From an uncultured Methanosarcinales archaeon (GTDB taxonomy: Archaea > Nanobdellota > Nanobdellia > Woesearchaeales > GW2011-AR9), in assembly GCA_964343575.1 (NCBI GenBank), contig CAYFJV010000002.1, positions 395,809 to 459,808 of the forward strand: DNA of 64,000 bases, written 5' to 3'. The notes below the pieces were generated by a model. That model had not been told where the DNA came from. It was given only the letters and a program-made list of their open reading frames with translations, and ran no database searches. Shown one piece after another: positions 46,899-54,128 of the stretch. The stretch's first letter is position 1. Each line of letters begins with the position of its first letter. The translations under genes were made by a program, and so were the position numbers.

Positions 46899-46971
46899 GC
46901 ATAACGATGTTATGTCCCCCAGACTTTACGTCTGGGTCGAGGAGCGTAGCGACGAGAAGTTGAGAGATGAG
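46899..46971 (+). repeat. repeat element copy D (type 1)
   Basis: GCATAACGATGTTATG, hairpin CCCAGAC-TTTAC-GTCTGGG, tail TCGAGGAGCGTAGCGACGAGAAGTTGAGAG. Confidence 0.8.
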
Positions 46972-47431
46972 CGACCAAGAAGCCTCTCATTTTCAGCACG
47001 GGAAAAGATTTGCGGAAACACGCACAGAATTTAGCAAAGATCTTCATTGATTATTTTTTGTTTTTTTTGTTGTTTTATTTTAAAAAAAATGATCCTTCTG
47101 AAGATGCGAAATTGTTTCCTACAAATCAGTTTTTGTCGTCGTAGAAAAGTTAAATTTCTTTGAAAAATCATGCTTATCAAAAGGCAAAAAATCCACAAAA
47201 TTTTAATGCAAATTTTCAAAATTATCGAGCATAAAAACCTCAAAAAGTTTCTTATGATGCGCAGAATAATGCAGAAAATTTTGATGAGAAAAGTGGATTT
47301 TTTGCACAAGAATTGTTTAATGATTTTTCAAGACAAAAAGAAAATTCATCGACGACAAAATTCCAGAAAAGTGCTGAAAATGATGCAGAAAAAGGCTTCC
47401 CATTTACATAAAAAGCTCATCTCTCAATTGG

Positions 47432-47503
47432 ACATAACGATGTTAAGCTTCGGGGGCTTTACGCCCCCGCAAGGAGCTTTAGCGACGCAGAGTTTTTTGA
47501 GAC
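47432..47503 (+). repeat. repeat element copy E (type 2)
   Basis: ACATAACGATGTTAAG, hairpin CGGGGGC-TTTAC-GCCCCCG, GCAAGG, tail ...GCAGAGTTTTTTGAGAC. Confidence 0.8.
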
Positions 47504-47513
47504 ATATAGAAAG

Positions 47514-48269
47514 TTATTTTTTAGCCTGACTCCATAATAAATTGAAGAACACTTTGTATGTTTGAGCAAAGTTTTCGTCTTTAATTAATAAGCCGTAAGG
47601 TTCTTTTCCGTAAGTAATAAGGAAAAAGTAATCGTTTAAAACCCCATACTCTGTTTTTGTATTTACATTCATGTATCTTACTTCGGTAAGAGGCATTTTT
47701 TCTCTAATAGGCCCCCATTTCTTTCCAATTTTATTGATTAAGATTTTTAGTTTTACTTTGTCTTTAATTCTTTTCTTGTGAACTACCTCTAAGAAAAATC
47801 CCTCTAATTTGCTGAATGATTCTAATGGTGCAGAAGCAATGAAATATTCATCTCCTGTTTTCCATGAGTTGATAATTTCAGTGTATAATGATTTAATTCC
47901 TCTAATTCCTGAAAAATATTTGAAGTCACTTAATTTAGATATTCCACTTGGCTTTACTTTTAGTTTAGAAATGAAATCTAAAAGTTGATCTTTTTCCTGT
48001 TCAATTTGCTTCTCTTTCTCCACAAATAGATTGGCTAAAGAATCAGGATCAGAAGCACGAAAGACTTTGATGTTATTTACAATCTTAAAATTAACTAAGC
48101 CTTTCTCCGAGAGGCTGTTAAGGATTGTGTAAATCTGAGAGCTTGGAATCTTCGTTCTTTCGCAGATTTTTCCTGTTCGGCTTTCTCCATGTTGTTGGAG
48201 ATCTAAGTAGGTTAAAGCTTCTCTTTCTGATAATCCCGCTGATTTTAAGGCTTCTACATTGTTTTCCAT
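47514..48269 (-). CDS. TrmB-family transcriptional regulator
   Basis: N-terminal winged-HTH (LSEREALTYLDLQQHGESRTGKICERTKIPSSQIYTILNSLSEKGLV) plus a C-terminal TrmB-like domain; 251 aa. Confidence 0.6.
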   Translation of the reverse strand: MENNVEALKSAGLSEREALTYLDLQQHGESRTGKICERTKIPSSQIYTILNSLSEKGLVNFKIVNNIKVFRASDPDSLANLFVEKEKQIEQEKDQLLDFISKLKVKPSGISKLSDFKYFSGIRGIKSLYTEIINSWKTGDEYFIASAPLESFSKLEGFFLEVVHKKRIKDKVKLKILINKIGKKWGPIREKMPLTEVRYMNVNTKTEYGVLNDYFFLITYGKEPYGLLIKDENFAQTYKVFFNLLWSQAKK

Positions 48270-48344
48270 ATTACTACTAATGCAATTAGTAGCGAATATT
48301 TATAAACTTTTCTGTGAATTTTATATTCACTAATTAGTGATAAA

Positions 48345-49370
48345 ATGACTTCGGAAAAGAAAATACCAAAATTGGAATTTACGGAGGAGCGAATAACTTC
48401 TCTTGTAGAGAAATTAGTAGATGATGATACGCTAATTGTAACTGATTCATATGGATTTCCAACTCTGAGCCAACTTGGTAGAACTGCACTTGTTCGTGAT
48501 TGTTATGCTGAAGATGTTGAAGAGATTAAAAGCGGGAATGAGTATTCAAAAGTTCTTGCTGTTGGTGGCTGTACTGCTTTAGATGTTGGAAGGGCCTGTG
48601 CTGTTGGTAAAGAAGTCGTTACAATCCCTACTATTCTTTCTACTTCTTGTATAAGTGTAGATAGAAGTATTATCAAATATCCAGAAGGAAGTAGACTGGA
48701 GAAAACTGTTGCTCCAACGAGAACAATCGTAAGTATTCCTAGTATTGCTGAAACACATATAGCAGATTTGGAAAAATGGTCGCAATCTGGGTTTGGAGAT
48801 TTGTTTGCAAACATAAGCGCTTCTATTGATCTACAATACGAAGTTGGTAATCTTAGTTATGAAGCAGTAAGAAATAATGTTCCAGAATGTTTTGAAGCTC
48901 TTGAGTGGGTAATCAATCAATTTCAAGGTTATGATGAAGATTGCTTGAGAAGATTGGCAACATATTCTCATAATTCATCTTTAATCGTTATAGAAAGAGA
49001 AGATACCAAACTGAGTGCTGCTGGAGAACACAAGCTCTATCATAAAATGATTGACCAGCAAAAGCAGTACAGAGAAGATAGACCAACACATGGTCAATTA
49101 GTTGCTCTTGGAACATTACTTGCTGGAAGAATTTATACAAAACAATCAGGAGAACAAAAACTCTATGAGCAATTAGTTACAGCTTATGAAAAACTAGGTT
49201 TGCCTCTGAGCTATGCTGAACTTCATGATATCGGAATAGAACGAGAGCATATTGTTGATGGTTTGAAAAGCATAGCAGGAAGTAACACTCATTTAGGAGA
49301 TCACTTCGCTCAAGGCGATTATTCTCTCTTAGATAGAGTTTTTGGTGGTGGAAAAAATGAAAAAGTTTGA
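48345..49370 (+). CDS. DHQS-like / iron-containing alcohol dehydrogenase superfamily protein (glycerol-(1-phosphate) dehydrogenase-like)
   Basis: VLAVGGCTALDVGRA (GGG..D..K-type NAD motif) and TIPTILSTSCIS (PTtaS-like) motifs. Confidence 0.55.
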   Translation: MTSEKKIPKLEFTEERITSLVEKLVDDDTLIVTDSYGFPTLSQLGRTALVRDCYAEDVEEIKSGNEYSKVLAVGGCTALDVGRACAVGKEVVTIPTILSTSCISVDRSIIKYPEGSRLEKTVAPTRTIVSIPSIAETHIADLEKWSQSGFGDLFANISASIDLQYEVGNLSYEAVRNNVPECFEALEWVINQFQGYDEDCLRRLATYSHNSSLIVIEREDTKLSAAGEHKLYHKMIDQQKQYREDRPTHGQLVALGTLLAGRIYTKQSGEQKLYEQLVTAYEKLGLPLSYAELHDIGIEREHIVDGLKSIAGSNTHLGDHFAQGDYSLLDRVFGGGKNEKV

Positions 49371-50250
49371 GCATTTTCCACTAGAGAGCATAGATTCTGT
49401 TTTGGCAGAGATAAAACTAGATGATTATGAGCAAGCAGTTTCTGATATTTGTAATCAAATTAGTGAATACTACCAAAGACTTCCAGAGTTTGATGGAAAA
49501 AAACCAAAATTAATAATTGGATTATCTGGTGGAATTGATTCTACTATTGTAAGTTATTTGGCAACAAGAGCAGTAGGAACAGAAAATGTAATTACTGTTA
49601 ATATGCCTGCTTATGATGGAGATGAAAGCGTAGAGAAATCAAACTTAGTGAGTAGAATTTTAGGGACTGAACATTATTCAATTCCAATTAATTCAATCGT
49701 TGAAGCTGAAGTAGATAATATTAGCAAAGATTTCCCAATTGATTCAAATACTGAAACAGGAAAAATCAGAAGAGGCAATTTAGCATCAAGAGCAAGAGTA
49801 GCTGTACTTTATGATATTGCTAGAGAAGTAAATGGAAAGATTCTTGGAACAGGAAACAGAACAGAATTTGTGCAGGGCTATGCTGCTAAATGGGGAACTC
49901 CTATTTCATTTGATTTTGGAGTTTTGGATGATTTGTATAAAGTAGATGTTTATGCAATAGCCGAAGTTTTAGATGTTCCGCAAGAAATTATTGACGCTGT
50001 TCCAACTACTGGTTATTACAAAGGACAAAGCCATGAAGAAGAATTAGGAGCAACACTTGAAGAGCAAGATGTAGCAGCATATTTGCTTTTTGAAAAAGGC
50101 ATGAGTAAAGAAGCAATTGTTAAGGAATTTGGAGCTTCTGCTAATTATTTAGATTCAATGCTTCAGAGATATTCAAGAAGTGTAGATAAAAGAGTAATAA
50201 GACAGGAACATGTAACTCTTAGAAATTTTGGTGGTGAAAATGTTCAGTAA
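49342..50250 (+). CDS. nadE: NH3-dependent NAD+ synthetase (PP-loop ATP pyrophosphatase)
   Basis: PP-loop LSGGIDSTIV; the rest collinear with NadE; start overlaps the upstream gene. Confidence 0.8.
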   Translation: MVVEKMKKFEHFPLESIDSVLAEIKLDDYEQAVSDICNQISEYYQRLPEFDGKKPKLIIGLSGGIDSTIVSYLATRAVGTENVITVNMPAYDGDESVEKSNLVSRILGTEHYSIPINSIVEAEVDNISKDFPIDSNTETGKIRRGNLASRARVAVLYDIAREVNGKILGTGNRTEFVQGYAAKWGTPISFDFGVLDDLYKVDVYAIAEVLDVPQEIIDAVPTTGYYKGQSHEEELGATLEEQDVAAYLLFEKGMSKEAIVKEFGASANYLDSMLQRYSRSVDKRVIRQEHVTLRNFGGENVQ

Positions 50251-51175
50251 TTACTCTAAAGCATTAGTGATTGGAGCAGGAAGCGGAAGAGATATTGCTT
50301 CATCTGTTCTGATAACTGAAAAATTAAGAGAACAGGGGATTGATGTAGATTTAGCAGGTTTTCTGACACCATGGGCTTTGCATGAATTTGATGGAGAATT
50401 GGAAAAAACTGTAAATAAGTCATCTAAGCCAAGCAGAAAATTTATTGCTACACAAAAAGAGGTTTCTTTAGATTCATATTTTGAGCCAGAATTGCCCGAG
50501 ATAAATGAGGAATTAGGTTTGGGTATTGGCGAGATATATTTGTTTTCATTACAGCATGGAACAGAAAGCTTAAGAGAAGAATTAGAGGGATTAGTTAGAC
50601 AAAGAGATTATGATTTAATTGTTGCTGTTGATGTTGGAGGAGATATTCTTGCACATAGGCGAGATTTGGCTTCTGTTTATACTCCAATTGTTGATCTTAC
50701 TTGTTTAGAAGTATTAGCAGATTTGAAAACAACTGCTGACAAATATTTGACAGTTGTTGCTCCTGGAGTTGATGGAGAGATTCCAAGCCAGAGATTAGCT
50801 GAAATAATTGGTAATGAAAGAATTTTGAGAAGAGAACAATTAAACCCAGAAAGCAGAAATTATCAGACTTTTGTTCAAGTTTATGATGAAATTAATAGAA
50901 GAACAAAATCATCTAGTCATACAGGAGATGTAATTAGAAAGATAGTAGAGGGAAAATCAGATTTTACGGAGGAGTATAAAAGAAATGGAGTTTCATTTAC
51001 TGTTAAGTTAGATAAAGAATTAGCAAGTGGAATTTATTATTTTGATTTAGAAGCTGTTAAATCTCAGCGAAGGAGTGTTGGTGTTAGTTATGAAAATATT
51101 TCAGAAGCTCATAGGTTAATGAAGGAAATGGGGGCCAGCGGAACAGAAGTTGATTTAACGTATGTTCCAAGATAG
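50228..51175 (+). CDS. hypothetical protein, third gene of the DHQS-like/NadE operon
   Basis: 315-aa ORF whose start overlaps the nadE stop; LVIGAGSGRD and VAVDVGGD Gly-rich loops. Confidence 0.5.
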   Translation: MVVKMFSNYSKALVIGAGSGRDIASSVLITEKLREQGIDVDLAGFLTPWALHEFDGELEKTVNKSSKPSRKFIATQKEVSLDSYFEPELPEINEELGLGIGEIYLFSLQHGTESLREELEGLVRQRDYDLIVAVDVGGDILAHRRDLASVYTPIVDLTCLEVLADLKTTADKYLTVVAPGVDGEIPSQRLAEIIGNERILRREQLNPESRNYQTFVQVYDEINRRTKSSSHTGDVIRKIVEGKSDFTEEYKRNGVSFTVKLDKELASGIYYFDLEAVKSQRRSVGVSYENISEAHRLMKEMGASGTEVDLTYVPR

Positions 51176-51261
51176 TAATTAGTTCAAAGGAGTATGGGGT
51201 TTTAGTTAAAGGAGTCAGGCTCTTCGCAGAAGGTAATACTGTTTATGTCTCAAAAAATTAA

Positions 51262-51339
51262 GCTTAACGATGTTATGTGCCCATGACTTTATGTCATGGT
51301 GCGTAGCGTTAGCGGAGCAAGTTGGATTCTCATGTTGAG
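51262..51339 (+). repeat. repeat element copy F (type 1)
   Basis: GCTTAACGATGTTATG, hairpin CCATGAC-TTTAT-GTCATGG, tail TGCGTAGCGTTAGCGGAGCAAGTTGGATTCTCATG. Confidence 0.8.
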
Positions 51340-51395
51340 CGGAGGGTCGCCATTGTAGAAAAGCTTTTAAGTTTCAAACTTTTTGATTATTTAAA

Positions 51396-52019
51396 ATGAA
51401 ATTTTATTTATCATCATACAAACTTGGAGAAAAAGTTGATAAGCTTAAAGAGATGATGCCAACTGGTAAAAAGCTTGGTTATATTCCTAATGCTTTAGAT
51501 TTTTCTGGAGCTGATCCTGCACGAAGAGAACAATCAATTAAGAAAGATGTAGACGAATTAAAGAGTCTTGGTTTTGATGTAGAAGTAATTGATTTGCAAG
51601 ATTATTTTGGAAAAAATGGTGAATTAAAAAGAAAATTAGACCAATTAGGAGGAGTATTTGTTAGAGGTGGAAATACTTTTGTTTTGCGCCAAGCAATGAA
51701 ACTAAGTGGTCTTGATGAAGTTCTTAAAGGCATGAAAGATAGAGATGATTTTCTTTATTCAGGATATAGTGCAGGAATTTGTGTTTTAGCTCCAGATTTA
51801 CACTCACTTCAAATTGTTGATGATCCGAATGATACACCATATGAAGGATTAGAAAAAGTTATTTTTGAAGGATTAGGAATATTAGATTATATGATTTTAC
51901 CACATTATAAGTCAGATCATCCAGAGTCTGCTGATATAGATAAGGAAGTTGAATATTGTAAACAGCACGATGTGAAGTTTAAGACTCTGCGAGATGGTGA
52001 AGTCATAATAATTGAATAG
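51396..52019 (+). CDS. pepE: peptidase S51 family (peptidase E / alpha-aspartyl dipeptidase-like)
   Basis: VFVRGGNTFVL...GYSAGICV (catalytic Ser in the GxSAG context) pattern of S51 peptidases. Confidence 0.65.
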   Translation: MKFYLSSYKLGEKVDKLKEMMPTGKKLGYIPNALDFSGADPARREQSIKKDVDELKSLGFDVEVIDLQDYFGKNGELKRKLDQLGGVFVRGGNTFVLRQAMKLSGLDEVLKGMKDRDDFLYSGYSAGICVLAPDLHSLQIVDDPNDTPYEGLEKVIFEGLGILDYMILPHYKSDHPESADIDKEVEYCKQHDVKFKTLRDGEVIIIE

Positions 52020-52087
52020 ATGGCGACCCGATTAGGTTCTTAGAGTTTAGCTTTAGCGTACTTCTAATTACATGAGAATCCAATTGC

Positions 52088-52162
52088 ACATAACGATGTT
52101 AAGTTTCGGAGGGTTTATCCCTCCGCAAGGTTAACGTAGTTAACCGCAGAGTTGAATTTGAG
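52088..52162 (+). repeat. repeat element copy G (type 2)
   Basis: ACATAACGATGTTAAG, hairpin CGGAGGG-TTTAT-CCCTCCG, GCAAGG, second hairpin GGTTAAC-GTA-GTTAACC, tail GCAGAGTTGAATTTGAG. Confidence 0.8.
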
Positions 52163-52266
52163 TTTTCCTATTAATCCTGCTTTAGCAGACATACGTTTAG
52201 GGGCTTTCCAAACACATTAATTTAAGGGGCTTTGGTTTTCATCATTATTTAGGAGTAATTTTATAA

Positions 52267-53013
52267 ATGGCTTGTTTTTTCTTTATTATTATGGATTTAA
52301 GAACAATAGCAGACAGATTTGTAGAAATTGGAGAAAGATTCCCTGGGCCATATATTGATTCAGGTATGCCATGTTTTGGTAGAGATTTCACTGGAATTTC
52401 TGCAAATTTGGGAGCAGGAGAAGTATATAATACTCAAGATTCTGCTTACCAATTAGTCTTATCAATTTCTATGGCAGATCATCCTGTTATCGCTGATGTT
52501 CTTGGATTACCCAAATATGATGGTGATGATGAATCTATTGCTCGTGTTGTTGGAAGAATGACTGAAGAAAAAATTCTTGATGGGGTGAGGATTTTAGATT
52601 TGGGTTGTGGATTAATTCCAACATTTGCACGATCTGCAAGAAGATTAGGAGCAGATGTTTACACCGTTGATGTAATTTTGCCTACTGCTTTTGAATATTC
52701 CAGAGAACTTTTTCCAGAAGATGCAAGAGATGCTGAACAAAAAGATCACTTTGCAATTGATTTAAACCAAAGAAATGCAGGTAAAAAAATTGCTAAGAAG
52801 TTTGGTTCTGATTTTGATTTAGTAACTTCAGCATATATTGAAGAAGGAGCACATTTTGGTTGTGGAATTGAAGCACATTTTTATGGTGGTTCAGGTTTTG
52901 CAAAACAATTTCTAGGACAAAATGGTGTTTATTTTGGGACACATGCTTCTGGAATATTAGTTCAAGGTAATCAGTTTGTGAAAACAGAGTTAGGGAAAGT
53001 GACATCTGATTAA
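52267..53013 (+). CDS. putative class I SAM-dependent methyltransferase
   Basis: Motif I ILDLGCGLIPTFARSARRLGADVYTVD. Confidence 0.5.
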   Translation: MACFFFIIMDLRTIADRFVEIGERFPGPYIDSGMPCFGRDFTGISANLGAGEVYNTQDSAYQLVLSISMADHPVIADVLGLPKYDGDDESIARVVGRMTEEKILDGVRILDLGCGLIPTFARSARRLGADVYTVDVILPTAFEYSRELFPEDARDAEQKDHFAIDLNQRNAGKKIAKKFGSDFDLVTSAYIEEGAHFGCGIEAHFYGGSGFAKQFLGQNGVYFGTHASGILVQGNQFVKTELGKVTSD

Positions 53014-53279
53014 ACCAAAGCCCCCACATAGTTTTTTTCATTCTAGTTTTTATCATCAAGGAAAGCCCCGTCATCTTAAAACTCAAATTCAATTAAACTT
53101 AACTCGTTATATCTAAACTTTTAGGATTTGGCCCCCTTCGTAGTCGAATTTCTTCGTTTTAAACAGCCCATAAAGTGTTATACTGACTTCTCTTTTTGGT
53201 AGTAAATATATAATGTACCCAATATCTCACAAGACAATCTTGGTTCCTGTTTAAATAGAAGCTCATTACATGAGCATCT

Positions 53280-54128
53280 ATGGATGTTGCAGGAATAATT
53301 CAAAGAAAAGCACTTCTTTTAGGTTTGAGACCAAACACTATTAAAACATATACTGCTATTGTACAAAGATTTTTGAGAAAATACAAGTTAAATGTTTGGG
53401 AAGTAACTACAAAAGATATCGAAAAACACTTACTTGTTTTACTGGAGAAAAATAAATCTGGGAGCTCAGTTAATGTACATCTTAATGCCTTAAAATTCTT
53501 CTTTGAGAAGTGTTTAGGTAAAAGAGTAACGCTTAATATGAAGTTCACAAAGCAAAGAAGAAAGTTGCCTACATTTCTCACACAAGAAGAGATAATCTTT
53601 TTTCTTGAGGTAATTGAAAACAGAAAACATAAGCTAATGATTTCTTTACTTTACTCTGCGGGTTTACGGGTTAGCGAATTGCTGGATTTGAAAGTTAGAG
53701 ATCTAGAGCTTTCTAAGAATCATGGTTGGGTGCGTGATGGGAAAGGGGGGAAAGAGAGGCCATTCATCATTGCTGAGAGGATCAGATTAGATCTAGAGAA
53801 TTGGTTGTTTGAACAAAGACTTAACGATTGTGATTATTTGTTTGGTAACAAGGGGAGAAAGATGAGTACACAAACAGTAAGGAAGATTATTCATAACACA
53901 AAGAAGAAAGCAAGAATTAAGAAGAATATTGGCCCACATAGTTTAAGACACTCTTTTGCAACACATTTCTTAGAGCAAGGCAATGCTCTAACTGAATTGC
54001 AACCCCTACTTGGACATAGCAGAATTGAGACAACTCTTGTTTATTCGCATATGGCATCGCCACAATTGTTAAAGATGCAAAGCCCATTTGACAATCTAGA
54101 GATTAATAATGAGAAGAGATTGAAATGA
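53280..54128 (+). CDS. tyrosine recombinase / integrase (XerC/XerD/XerA family)
   Basis: Box I SAGLRVSELLDLKVRDL, box II HSLRHSFATHFLEQG...LLGHSRIETTLVYSHM with R-H-R-Y catalytic residues; 282 aa. Confidence 0.85.
   Translation: MDVAGIIQRKALLLGLRPNTIKTYTAIVQRFLRKYKLNVWEVTTKDIEKHLLVLLEKNKSGSSVNVHLNALKFFFEKCLGKRVTLNMKFTKQRRKLPTFLTQEEIIFFLEVIENRKHKLMISLLYSAGLRVSELLDLKVRDLELSKNHGWVRDGKGGKERPFIIAERIRLDLENWLFEQRLNDCDYLFGNKGRKMSTQTVRKIIHNTKKKARIKKNIGPHSLRHSFATHFLEQGNALTELQPLLGHSRIETTLVYSHMASPQLLKMQSPFDNLEINNEKRLK

Noticed and set aside
47170-47529. ORF 47170..47529 (119 aa) and antisense ORF 47031..47309 as genes
   Set aside because: They are low-complexity K/I/F-rich translations of AT-rich DNA, and one reads through repeat element E; they are unlikely to be coding.
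43844-52162. CRISPR array interpretation of the repeated hairpin elements
   Set aside because: Spacing is irregular at 0.5–3.8 kb. Whole genes lie between copies. The repeats diverge in sequence with covariation rather than being near-identical. No cas genes are present.
43844-54128. Classical integron (intI + attI + attC cassette array)
   Set aside because: It is only partly consistent. The 5' ends resemble an RYYYAAC inverse core (GCTTAAC), and some 3' tails contain GTTRRRY-like words. Against this, cassette genes have mixed orientations. The recombinase is short at 282 aa, reads as Xer-like, and sits on the same strand as the elements. I keep it as one hypothesis in the findings, not as a call.
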